This document shows positions 26,444 through 39,571 of a stretch of DNA of 64,000 nucleotides, in pieces. The DNA lies in the NCBI RefSeq assembly GCF_031769215.1, contig NW_026782051.1, positions 1,116,001 through 1,180,000 on the forward strand, read 5' to 3'. The notes beneath the pieces are model-generated. The model did not search any database. It worked only from the letters and a program-made list of their open reading frames with translations, and was not told the DNA's origin. Source of the DNA: Ylistrum balloti (taxonomy: Eukaryota). The number at the start of each line of letters is the position of its first letter. The first letter of the stretch is position 1. Made by a program: the position numbers and the translations under genes.

Positions 26444-26958
26444 TATGTACATCACCAGGACAAACGGACGATATTGTGCATTCCTTAAGTTTGGTCGGCA
26501 TTACTCAGGGTTATCTGCTCTTGGTAGCAATTACCATAAATGAATTTGTTTTGTGTAATTAAAGACTAAAATGAATGTTCTGTCATTAAAATTTAAAATA
26601 TAATCATATTATTATTTGTATGTAAAACTGCACTGTTTCAAGTTTATGATCCTTAACTTATTTTGTTCAGTATATGTACATCACCAGGACAAACGGACGA
26701 TATTGTGCATTCCTTAAGTTTGGTCGGCATTACTCAGGGTTATCTGCTCTTGGTAGCAATTACCATAAATGAATTTGTTTTGTGTAATTAAAGACTAAAA
26801 TGAATGTTCTGTCATTAAAATTTAAAATATAATCATATTATTATTTGTATGTAAAACTGCACTGTTTCAAGTTTATGATCCTTAACTTATTTTGTTCAGT
26901 ATATGTACATCACCAGGACAAACGGACGATATTGTGCATTCCTTAAGTTTGGTCGGCA
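26272..26958. repeat. Exact 3 x 229-bp tandem triplication spanning the Tc1 right end and host flank
   Basis: Units start at 26272, 26501 and 26730. Each contains the right TIR, the TA and about 55 bp of flanking DNA. Confidence 0.95.
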
Positions 26959-28281
26959 ATTCAAATAAACAGAAAATTCCCTACAGTTACACATTTCAAT
27001 TTATTCACAGTACTAAAGTATGAGATGATATCACTACTTTTATCACGGACTTTGATAAAATATTGCCATAATTGTAGTTTTCTCGAAAATATAAAAGACT
27101 TTAGAGATTACACGTTTTTCTTATGATACATTTGATATACATAAGTCATGATTTAGCATCTTGGTTCACTAATGAAATTATCTCAATCCATCTTCCTTCA
27201 CGTGTAGTTGTGACCTTTGTGTACAGGTTAATAACGCAAAGCACATTTGTATCACGTGCTGTCACGTTAAGAGCCCACCATACACCTTTATACCTGTGTC
27301 AAGGTATGCCATAAATAGAGTGTCAGTGTGGCAAATGGTAACCTGAACTTATGGTATTTACATGTCACAGTTGATTCGATATTTAACGGCCTGTTACCAT
27401 TATTACGGTTTTCGTGGAAAAAAATCGTCCACGGACGGATTAACTCGTTGCATAAGTTTTCAGCAGGTTCGGATTGAAGAAAATTATGGGGAAGTTTTTA
27501 TGGTCGTCATTGTGATCTCTTTTTCTTTGCGAGATATGAAGCTTAACGTGTTTAATGCGCATTAGTTTGCCTGTTGGTTCCATTAATGTATATCTATTTC
27601 TCATTCGAGAAGGTGACGTTACTAACTTAAATTGACCAAGGTTTATCTGGCTAGTGTCGTCGATCAAGCTAAAGACGCTCACTCTTCCTGAACACCTGGT
27701 AATATTCTTAGTACTTTTTCAGAAGTTTCTGTTTTAATCATTTTTGAATTTCGGTTAGGATTTTAATATGTTAGTACTTTTCTGTATTTTTTCTTTGTGA
27801 TGATCAGCACAAAGCAAAAAACAGGAGAGGATGCTTTGCTTTGAAATTAAGCTGAGATCGGCTTCATGAATGTACATGTTAGTATTTTCTTGTTGGTTTT
27901 CGGTGTGACTGTTCAAACTGTAATCTCTAACGTAGTAATTTAGAAGAATAATGAAACATAGCCCATGACAACATGACTATATCAATATCGCTGAGCATTA
28001 ATTTCTTTTAATAAGGGAAAAATCTAATCAACAAAAATATGAGCTTTGACCATGGAACTGCATTTATACTGTATACCAGAACATTTTATTTGGCGCTTCA
28101 CCGATTATCAGCACTATGTTATAGGTCTATGAACTTTAGAGACAATAGGGAAATCTTCTCCAACATGTACATGATCGTAATGGTATTTTTTGCACTAGTG
28201 TACGATACAAACCAAAACTCGTTATTTTCATTGTTTGTGAGAAAGCGTTTGCTTTAGTTTTTGTCTAGAACAACGTAGACA

Positions 28282-29236
28282 TTATTTCCCCATGGCACCA
28301 CCTGGTTATTAACCGTAGAGTAACTTTAGCAGTCGGTCTAACCACAGATTGAATCTCGAATCTCCGTAATGAGGTGTTTGTAGCATCAATATCTATATTA
28401 CTCTGGTGTACTCATATCCACTCCATATCCGGACGTCATTGAAATCAAACTGTTTATATTTTGATAAGTGTTAATATACCTAAATAAATGGAATTTTCCG
28501 CATTTTCAAATCCGGTCGAGATTTTGGAAAAACTGAAAGATTGGATACGTCCTGTTGTTCAGAACCGGATTTGGCGACGAATGAAGATAGTTTCAGTCAT
28601 TGTGAGAGATGGAAGAGTAGGCATTGTCAATATATTCTGTGTCGCTAGTAAATCATTTGCTGATTTCCAAGGCTTGCACCTTGCTTATGTCACTTCAACA
28701 TTTGTACCCAGTCGCTTTCCAGTCGTGAGCATATTAGTTATACCAAAGTAAGACAACTATGAGAGAACTCTTCCGCTCTGTGCAATGACTCGCTGAAACA
28801 GTCCTTGATTATGTGACTTATTATTGCTTATGAGAAACCCATTGAAGTGCCAAGCGTTGATCCCAGAGGCAATGTAAACAGCCCCAGTCGATAGTTGATT
28901 GTTACCAAGACAACATTATCTGTCAAGACCAGGCATGCCCCGTCATAAAACATACCTTGCCCAGTTACATAACTACCGCCCTGCATCCATTCCATTCAAT
29001 ATTTGGTATTAGTCCAATTTGCGTCTCTTTAGGGTACCAGACCATGGACCACTTAATTCTGGTTTGCTAAATCACAGAACACCAATGGATGCTTTTGCGT
29101 ATGGTATGTTCCGAGTCTGGTATATTTTCTCATTACGAACTTGTCCCCAACCTTATTGCGTATATGCTGCACCTTTATCTCGTGTGTTGGGGGAAATAAA
29201 TACCAGTGAAAGAAGTGCGAGGATATACCCCATCAT
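28282..29236 (-). pseudogene. Carboxylesterase pseudogene, copy B (D-like)
   Basis: Patches homologous to copy D (GGSYVTGQGM, TCAAACTGTT.ATATTTTGATAA). Multiple deletions remove the GESAG serine and join exon 1 to exon 2. In-frame stops are present. Confidence 0.88.
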
Positions 29237-29825
29237 GCCGCAAAGATATTTATGCATATTAGACCTTGAAATATGATTATGAGATTTGACCAATGACACA
29301 TTCTCATATTCTGAGGTTTTTGTTTTATTTGTGACCTATCACACCTACCACGGTCAGTGTTGTTGAATTTTGGTGACATTATATCAATATCTAATCTGGA
29401 ATGTTTACAAAATCATGAACATTAATTTTACTATAAAATTTTCAAAGAATGATAATGCAAACAAATTGATGCTCTGTATCTGACACATGTTTCAAATACT
29501 GTATTTTTTTAAAAAAAATTAAGTATCTGTGCAACAATTTTTTGACAGTGGTTTTATCTATTTTTCAATTTGCGAAACTATGATGATATCCCCGTGAATA
29601 TGAAACGCTACCTACACATCTAATCTTTTTCATGACTAAATAATCGCTAATTATTCTAGATAGATTTTTCGCATAATTTAGAATCCTAAGCTTCTGAAGA
29701 ATTCATACGTTATTTGTTTGCTGGTTGGTCTAGTTGTGCACATAATACATTATCCAAACTTCTTTCTTAACTTAAACAAAACAGCGATACTTTCTCCTAA
29801 CTATCCCTTCCAGTCATTGTGACGC

Positions 29826-30050
29826 TTATGTCGAACATTTATTAGATCAAAACTTGACTATAGTTCCATAGTATATGGGTCAGTAGGCCAATCGAAACTT
29901 AAGAAGCTGGTCCTAACCACAATTAAAGTCTGCAACTGGCATAGGACGTTTTTTGAACGACACCAGTGATCATTTATGTAAAATTCATCGAACCATATAT
30001 CTAGAGAAAAGCTCTCTACAGTTCGTTGTCCGTGGTTAAGGAAAGAACGG
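29826..30050 (+). mobile_element. LINE reverse-transcriptase C-terminal fragment (I/Jockey-group-like)
   Basis: Translates LCRTFIRSKLDYSSIVYGS...KL then, after a frameshift, HN*SLQLA..F*TTPV..YV..EP. This matches the RSKLDYG...GAFRTSPVESLYVE pattern of I-group LINEs. Confidence 0.7.
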
Positions 30051-31504
30051 GAATATGTATAACTGTAGATACAATTGAGACGATAGCAAGGAGCATTTGC
30101 TACTCGTTCCAATCACAATTGCAACAAGTCTGTTAGAATATGCTTTTATTGATACTGATATCCTGGATGTTCCCGCCGAAGTGTCAAGGTGATATGGCCT
30201 ACTAACTTATGACCATTTTTTTCTTTCGTTCCACTCTACCATGTAAGATTGTAAAGTATTTGTGAACGACTGAGATTTTCTTGTATCATTATATTTATAA
30301 GTGTAATGTTTCCAACATGAGCTAAGCATCAAGTCGGCGTTATGAACAATCATTTTAGGAATCCAGCGACATATTTCACATTCTTCGCGTCAACAAAAGA
30401 TATACAAAGCATCGATAAACCCAGTTTATAAACTATGTAAGTAAGAAAGGAAAGCTTTTTCTTTGTTCGATATCAATGTTCAACCATTTAAAACATTCAT
30501 GGTATGAAACCATCCTATCTGGACTATATAATAAATATTTTTCACGCTTGACACAAGTGTAAAGTACATTGATGGAAAAATGAAGGTTGTAATTAAACTG
30601 AAATGTAAGAAAATATCTATTGGCTGTAGGGTTACCCACAGATAAGATAGTAGGAAACAGTTAAGTTTGCCTATTCCACAAAATTATAGATAACATATTA
30701 GTAGCACTGTTTTCAGAAAAGTTTAAGTACATAATGGATTTCGTGAATGCCCTAGGTAGGAAATAATGTAAACACAGACAGCTATACATACTGGAAGTAC
30801 GTACAACTAAACAGAGGTACCAGATAATCGTGACTGAAGAAAACATCTGAGTAGATTAGTAGAATATAGCTACAACTGAGATCAGCCAGGGAAGTGTCAT
30901 TTACCAACTTCTGTTCTGTGGAAAGATTTTAAATATGAATTTTGTTACCATATCGATATTTTCACTTTTGTTTGAGTTGAATATGTTAAACATTCGATGC
31001 TTTTATAATCTTAAAACTTTAATGTGGGCATACTTAATAGGTTTCCTTTTATTACAGCCATGAATGACACAGCTTTTCTTTTGTTCTACACGGTTTAGAT
31101 TAAGGCGGCGTATTTCCAAATTTTTATCTTTAATTCGGCCCTGATTCGCCGTTTTTCTTCCGTGTACGTGTAGGGATAAAGTCATTGGAATTCATATAGT
31201 TTCATGACATTATAATGAAGATTTAGCACCAGATTCAATGATAATAAATTAAGCAAAATTATTATGAACGAGATTTCATATCTGTTTAAATTATTAATTA
31301 AATATCTAGTTTCCGTCATTGAAATAAAATATATACGTATTACATTAAAATATACCATGAATGTCATCATTGACGATGATTGATCTGACACTTGTAATTA
31401 ATGTATATTCTTTGTAGGGTGTTTCAATGTGTGTATGAGACAAACATCAACTATTATTGTGATAAAGTTTGAATGTTTTTTAATAGACGTTAACGATGTA
31501 GATT

Positions 31505-33505
31505 TCATTTGCCAATAGCACCATCGGGTTCTTGAGTGTGCAGTAATTTTGGCAGCTGATCTAACCACAGACTGGTCGAATCTCCATACAGGTGTTGTCC
31601 AGAGGTGATCTTAGCATCAAGATCGATATAACTCTGGTTTACTGCGTCATAACCACTCCACATCGGGACGTCATTTGAGTTTGGATTCCTGGAATATATT
31701 GCAAACAGCTCCTTAATGGTTTAATATCATTACCAGTTTTTGCATTGACAAAAAAAAAAAAAAAAAAAAGAAAAAAATCTCCCTCGAGTATTGACCTAAT
31801 CAGTCAAATGTCGTTATCTTACTAAATTAATTACCTTTGACGTTTAAGATTTACATATATATACCTCATTATAATTTGCAAATGCAGTAATATATCTTTA
31901 AGAGGAAAAAAACATTCCAATATTCAGTTACATAAGAAATAACTACCCAGTTTTGGCGAAGTTTGTCCAGTATTTCTGCATGCTTTTTGAGAAGCTGATA
32001 TCATCGAGTCCCACGCTCATGTTAAATTTACTAGGAAAATCTTCAATATTGAACAAGAAAAAGAGTTCGGAGCCATGAGCTGAAAAGTCGTTTCGCCACC
32101 AAGTCGGGTAATCTAGGAAGGACATATCAAGTGCTTTTCGTTTGAATATGTACTGATACGTTGATGCTCGGGCGTTGTCGTCAGAATGAGCTATGAGTGC
32201 CTTTATCGCTGGGACTATAAAAAACACATCTGAGAAGACGCCAATGACATTGTTGTCTACGTGGCCGCGCGACGAGGTTCCATACAAGGAACAAATTAGA
32301 TCACTCGGAAGAGTGCTATTGATCTGAGAGCTGAAATAAGAAGATAATAAAACAGGTACGATGTAGCTACAGAACACATCGGAAGGGACGCCAACATTTA
32401 AGTCGAATTTTTTATATTTCGATATCATTGTTAAAATATTAAAAAAAACAGAGCCTTCTGCATTAACATTTCCAGTCATAAAGTCGAGGTTTTTGAAGAA
32501 TTGAAAACCTGCAGACGTCCTGTCTTTCATAATCTCTTCGGGTGATGAGTGAAGAAAGTCATTGTCAATGACTGGCCCTATCATTTCATCAATGTTGAGC
32601 GGTGAAACAGTGGGCGTAGTCACTATATTCTGTGCCGCAAGTAAATCGTCTGTAGATTTCCCACGCATGCACTCTGCATATGATGTCGGAATACCGGAAG
32701 TGTTTGCACAACCAAGTTTTATACCGAGCAGCTTTGCAGTGGTATGCATATTACTGCTACTAACGTAAGAATAGCTTGACAAGGCACTTCCGCTCTGTGA
32801 AATGACTCTTTGAAACAGTCCTTGATTCTGTGGTACTATTGCTTGTAATGAAACGCAAAAGCCCCCAGCAGACTCTCCAAATATAGTTACTGAATTGGAA
32901 TCCCCTCCATAGTCGTCTATATTGTCCTTCACCCACTGCAGTGCCAGGTGTTGATCCCAGAGCCCATAATTCCCGTTCAATTCACCTGTGTGAGGTGTAC
33001 TGAGGAATCCAAACAGGCCCAGCCGATAATTGATAGTTACCACAACAACATCACCCGTTAAGGCAAGGTATGACCCGTCATAATACATACCTTGTCCTAA
33101 GACATAGTCACCTCCATGTATCCACAACATTACCGACTTCCTAGTATTCGGAGATATATCACGTGGTACATATATATTCAAAATAAGACAGTCCTCTGAT
33201 TGGTTTAAATTTGGCAAGTATTTATTATAAGGGGGTGGTAACATCGGTTGGATACAAGATGGTCCAAATTGTGTGGCATTTAGTGTACCAGCCCAAGGAC
33301 CGCTCAATTCAGGTTTGGTGAATCTCCGACTTCCGACGGGTGGTTTGGCGTATGGAATGTTCCGGAACTGGTATACTTTCTCATTCCGAACTTGTTCGAC
33401 AACACCAACAATGTCCCCGAGCTTTGTGTGCATATTCTGCACATCGATTCCGCGTGACACCGAAAGAATGGCCAGTATCAGAAGAACATTTCGGCAGGGC
33501 CCCAT
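31505..33505 (-). CDS. Type-B carboxylesterase, copy C (about 580 aa; oxyanion loop HGGD)
   Basis: Exon 33505-31947 plus exon 31688-31505, intact frame. Signal peptide, SEDCL, WIHGGDY, FGESAG, NAEG, HGSE. Confidence 0.93.
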
Positions 33506-34761
33506 TCTGGAATGATGTATCTACAAATAAGAACGTCTTTGTGAAAGTAATCTATTTTCGGTTTAATGGTACAAAGCAATAGTGTGGATTTGGAGTAACT
33601 TAAGCGTTGGTGTTGTATGACCTGACTTTGAAACCTTATGGCTTGTAAGCTCGGTGAAAAATTCAGGATTTATAGGTTGACGTAAGAACATTCTTTCGAC
33701 AATGCGTTTCATCGTGCTGACCCTTATAAACCATTTTACATAAAAAAACAAACAAGCTGTAAATTCGCGAAATTGCAGTACACTTCAGCCATACAAGTAA
33801 ACAACATTTCGAAGGTATCAAATATGAAATTTTACGTAGTAGGTTCAATGAAACAATTGAACTTTGTAATTAATCACTTACTCTAATTCATGGGGGTATA
33901 AATGTGTACTTTATCTAAAGTTGTTCTTATAGATAAATTAAGATCGCTCATTATGACTTCAATAGAAAATTTGCTTGTTGACTAAATTTTATGACGGCTA
34001 TGCGACATCAGGATTCAGTTTCAGCGCCTTTCTGTTGCTACGATAAATCTTTACTGAAAATATTACTCCGAAAGTCTTGGGTAGAATTCAGTCAAAGATG
34101 TCATGAATTATCGTCACATATCACAAATTTAGTGTCTCGATCTTTGAAAAATATTTTGCTTTTGTGAAAATTGCGAAAATTCAAACACCGCGACGAAAAT
34201 GAATTAATGAATATTTCTTATTACGCATATTCTGAAGACGCCTCCTAGACTTCAAAATTTAGGCTTTTCGTGTCATTGACGAGTCCTAAAATTTCATACT
34301 TGGTGCGTTACTGTATCTAACTCTAAATTTGTATTAAAAGGAGTTATTTACGTGTGCGTCTTTTGTACGGCTTCCATCTCTAACGTTTCAAAAAATCATC
34401 ACCGATACAAAAAAGTCTATTATTGTTAAAGGACGATTTACCTTTGTCTGCCTTCAAACGCAGGCCATAGAAGTACTTACAAACCGATGTTCGACCTTTT
34501 ACGACATGAATGTATTATTTGATAAGATAAGCAGATAGGTTACCTTTGCAAGGTCACCTAGAGTGAAATGAATGCATGCATGCTCTATTTCAGGAATGTT
34601 GGTGATAAAGAAATCGTAAGCTGAAACAGAAGCTTTGATACCAATTTTAACAGAAATTCACTTCAAGTGTCCTTCTTTAAAGACTTGAATAGAATGATTG
34701 GTAAAGAATTACTTAGGTGTGGTTATTGGTTAACGCTTGATATATATACATAAGTATAATA

Positions 34762-35075
34762 TATATGTGTTACACCACATAACACCAGATATATATATTA
34801 TGTTTAACCACATAACGCCAAATATATATACTGTGTTACACCACATAACACAAATTATTTATGTTTTGTTTAACCACATAACAACAAATGTATATACTGT
34901 GTAACACTACATAATGCTATATATATATATATATATATATAATGTTTAACCACATAACACCAAAACTATATATTATGATTAACAACCTCACAACAAATAT
35001 ATATACTGTGTTGCACCACATAACACCAAAAATATATTATGTTTAACCACATAACAACAAATATATATATATATA
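34762..35075. repeat. AT-rich degenerate minisatellite (about 30-35 bp, ACCACATAAC core)
   Basis: Alternating TGTGTTACACCACATAAC and TGTTTAACCACATAAC units separated by (TA)n. One more unit lies at about 37211-37235. Confidence 0.8.
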
Positions 35076-37205
35076 GATATTACACAACGAATGGTTGTTG
35101 GATACGACGTTTATTTCACTCGAGTTCATTCATATTTCGAGATCACAGGCGGTAGGCTAAGACCAACACATGTATACGTTTGTAAACAATTTGCTGACAT
35201 ATGCAAATATGGCGTAGAGATATCATTCGGAGTGAAAAGGCTCCATTAAACATTAAAAAATATTATGATAAATAATTTATTTCTTTATTATTTTCACAAT
35301 TTTAAAGTTTACACATAATAAAACAATGACGATTAATTGTCTACATAATCGTAGAAAATCGCGGACTATACTAGGCGCGCTTTTATACAGTCACATATAG
35401 TGGTGTCTTCTGGTTCCAGCCGGAAACTTCAAACTCAATCACTGTCAGAATCAGAGTACAGCACCCTTGGTCTGGGACGTTTATAGACGTTTGTGTTGTT
35501 AATGTTTATTGTGAATGAACCACCGTGAATAGGACCTGCAAATACTGAAGTAAGGGTACCGGTGGGATTTGCAGACACAGTTGATTCAGGATTTGGAGGT
35601 CTGACGATGACGCTTGCACTAGATGTGCTATTAGCTTTAGTGAAAGGCCTGTCACCAAAATGATCCAAGCATGACAATATCGCTCTTGAAATCATCCGGT
35701 GCTGGTTGGTGTTTAAAGTTGAGTAACTGTTGATACTCTGGATATTCTTGTGCCCGGAAATCTTGAGGATGCAGGGAATTACATAATTAGGCAACGCTTT
35801 ATAGGACCAATGGAAGTAGAGATCTAGTCATTGTCTTCTCTAAGCCAGACAGTGATGCATTGCCCTGTATTATGAAAGCAGGAGATTTTTTTTTTTATAA
35901 ATTTATATTAGTGTTAAACTGTTTGGGATTTAATTTCTTTAAACAAGGTAAGTGTCCATTTACTCGTAACGATTGTAGACCCTAATGATCAAGTTGAGAT
36001 ATTTCAATGTGAAAATTGTTTGTACCTGAATAATCTGATTTGGGGGTTATCCTTTGTCATTGAGTTTTTGTACAAGGTACTTCCTGGCACTGTGTTTTGT
36101 CTTTTTCCGTTATCGTTACTCCCAGACTTGTTGATCAGACCTGGTTATATAAAAAACAGGCATAAATCTAAACTCCGAATATGAACTGAATAAATAACAA
36201 GCAATTTAATCTAGGCCTATATATGCACCATTGCGACATCCGAAATAATTAAAGAAATTTATTACTTTGGACTGGAATTATGCTCAAAAGATTAATTTTG
36301 ACTTCAATCGACTAAAATTATGGAAAGGCTACAATGTTAGGCCTAGGTGTAAGCAAGTGCACTGTACAACAATGTATAAATGACGTAAGTTGACGTAAAA
36401 GGGGTGGAGTATAGGATTTGTAAACATACACTGGGTTTTGTTTACATTCCAGTCTCATTTATCTGCATTCTCTGCCATAGTCTTCATAAAAGTCCCTAGT
36501 TTGTTAACGCCAACTGGTTGAGACTTGTACCACTTGCTTGATTTGTCACAGTTTGTATTAGTTACGATATAGTAGGGGGCTTCAGGGTTACGGTACGTAA
36601 GCGGGCGATTTACTTGGTAGGGTTTATAAGTTGCGACAGAGCATCGTGATGGGTTGTCGGGGGTAGCCCAGGCATGCGGAGGAACTTCTCTAACATATTT
36701 GGGGTTGGAACCCGGTCTAGTTTTAGTCTGACGCTCTCGGAACTCAAGATATTCATTACTTTCAGAATCTTTACATAATTTCACATCACCCCATGTCTCG
36801 GTTTCGGTAACATTCCAAAATATACCGTATTGTTCAACCAAATTGTTCTAAGCAAACTTTCGGCATTTATACAGCCTTTCTGTCCAGATTCGTATAATTT
36901 GTCGATCTCGTCATCGGATATAGCATCAGCCGTGTTTTCACGATTCCCTTTGCCCTCACGTTTCAGGTTTTTTTATTGTTTAGATCGGATAACATCCATA
37001 ACATTCACCTAAAGCCTATTCAGTTCAGCCATGTTGACAGCAGACGATATCAAACAAATCGCACGTGGAACAAATCACATGAGTGAAAAAAGTAGTTCTG
37101 GTCAAAGTTCACCAATCATGTATCCGGAAGGCCATATACCACTAGTGGAATATCACTTATATTTATCCAACACCCTGAGAGTGGAATAAATTAAAGTAGA
37201 ATGTT
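35076..37205 (-). mobile_element. Crypton-type (DUF3504/KCTD1-ZMYM-related) tyrosine-recombinase element, degenerate
   Basis: Minus-strand pieces: LKREGKGNRENTADAISDDEIDKLY...TIWLNNTVYFG; WGDVKL...ERQTKTRPG...RC..TYK...WYKSQPVGVNKL..MA; KHSARKYLVQKL; ISGHKNIQSINSYS. These supply the K, HxxR, H and Y residues of a tyrosine recombinase. Frameshifts and a stop are present. Imperfect subterminal inverted motifs (GTTGGATA...ATTTCACTCG) occur at both ends. End coordinates are approximate. Confidence 0.8.
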
Positions 37206-37606
37206 GGGAACTGTGTTACACCACATAACGCCAAATATGCCTCTGGTGTTTTCGTTGTTGAAAACATGGTTCTAATTTGAAGTCTGATACTATTGACTGA
37301 AATTTACATGTGTTTATGTAGAAGAATTTTGCCGTTCTCCGATTTTATTTTTCCTGAGTTTTTTTAACGTAAGTAAACCATCCCGTTTTTGCTTTCGTTC
37401 ATCAATGTCCAGAATGAATTTAGATGTTGTCCGCGTTTTTGATTGTATGTCTTATTATTATTCAGGTAATCACCATTTGTGTCAATAAATGTTATTGCTG
37501 TTTATAAGACGAAGATTTATTTTAACTAGAAAATATAATAAATCATCATTGCCCTTGCATTTGAATGCCACTGCTTTATTTTTTATAGAGGATAACAACT
37601 AAAAAA

Positions 37607-39571
37607 TTATTTGCCAATACCACATCCAGGCTCTTGGGTATTGATTAACTTTGGCAGTCTCTTTAGCCATAGACTGGTCGAATCTTCATACAGATGTTGA
37701 CCTAAGGTGATCGTAGCATCAAGATCGATATAACTCTGGTGTACTGCGTCATAACCACTCCACATCGGGACATCATCAGAGTTCGGATTCCTGGAAAATT
37801 TGGCAAACAGCTTCTTAATGGTTTAATATCATTAGGAACAGTGTAAATACAGAGTAGCCTATGGCATGATGTTGTTATTAGATAAGTGATTGACTCACAA
37901 CTACACCTGCTACGTCTCGTTGATATCTTTAAACACATACATTAATTAGCTAAATATTACCAATCTAATGTCTTAGGAAATACAGCCTCCTTATCCTTTC
38001 TGCAAAAGATAAAATAATTACCCAGTTTTGGCGAAGTTGGTCCAATACTTCTGCATTATTTTTGAGAGGCTTACATCAGCGGAACTCACGCTTATGTTAA
38101 ATTTGGTTTGAAAATCTTCAAGACCGAACAAGAAGAAGAGATCGGAAGCATGAGCTGAAGAGTTGTTTCGCCACCATGGCGGGTGTTCTTTAACTGGAGG
38201 GATAGGCGATGGACGTTTGAATATGTACTGATACGTTGATGTTCGGGTATTGCCTTCCGCGTGTGCCATGAGTGCTTTTATTGCTGGCGTTGTGAAAAAT
38301 GCATCTGAAAAGGCGTCAATGGCATTGTAACCTGGGCTTTCCAACGAGGACGTATAAAATGAACATACCAGATAGCTCGGTGTAGTGCTGTTAACTTGAG
38401 AGCCAAAATAAAAATTTACAAAAACCGGGACGATGTAGTTACAGAACACATTGGTAGGGATGCCAACATTGAAATCAAACTGTTCATATTTTGATAAAAG
38501 TGTTAATATATTTAGATAAATAGAACCTTCTGCATTAACATTTCCGGTCATAAAATCGAGGTTTTGGAAAAACTGAAAGCTTGAAGACGTCCTGTTTACC
38601 AGGATCTGTTCTGGTGACGAGTGAAGAAAGTCATAGTCAATGACTGGTCCAAAAGCGCCATCATATGTGAGAGATGGCAGAGTAGGCATAGTCAATATAT
38701 TCTGTGCCGCTAGTAAATCATCTGCAGATTTCCCACGCATGCATCTTGTATAAGTTACGGGAATACCGGAAGCATTTGCACATCCAACATATGTACCCAA
38801 GCGCTTTGCAGTCATATGCATATTAATCATGCCAACGTATGACAACTTTGAGAAAACACTTCCGCTCTGTGCAATGACCCGCTGAAACAGACCTTCATTA
38901 CGTGGCATTATTGCTTGTGATGAAACACTAAAGCCCCCGGCAGACTCTCCAAATATGGTAACAGAATTTGGATTTCCACCATAATCGTCTATATTGTCCT
39001 TCACCCATTGAAGTGCCAAACGTTGATCCCAGAGGCCATAGTTCCCATGTAATCCACCCGCGTAAGGTGTGCTGAGGAATCCAAACAGCCCCAGTCGATA
39101 GTTGATTGTTACCACGACAACGTCACCGGTCAAGGCCATGTATGACCCGTCATAAAACATACCTTGCCCTGTTACATAACTTCCTCCATGAATCCATACC
39201 ATTACAGATTTGTTATTGTTGAAGGAAATATCGCGCGGAACGTAAATATTCAAAATTAAACAATCCTCAGATTTATTTAAATTTGGCAAAAAATTCTGAA
39301 ATGAAGTTTGTATAGGTTGCATACACGATGGTCCAAATTTGGTCGCATTTAAGGTACCAGACCAAGGACCATTTGATTCCGGTTTTCTGAATCTCAGAGC
39401 TCCAATCGGTGGTTTAGCGTATAGTATGTTCCGGAACTGATATACTTTCTCATTACGAACTTGTTCGACAACACCTACAATGTCCCCGAGTTTAGTGAGT
39501 ATATGTTGCACCTCTATCCCGCGTGTCGTGGAAATAATGACAAGTAGAAATAGTGCTAACCGACCCACCAT
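37607..39571 (-). CDS. Type-B carboxylesterase, copy D (about 577 aa; oxyanion loop HGGS)
   Basis: Exon 39571-38022 plus exon 37790-37607, intact frame. SEDCL, WIHGGSY, FGESAG, NAEG, HASD. Confidence 0.93.
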
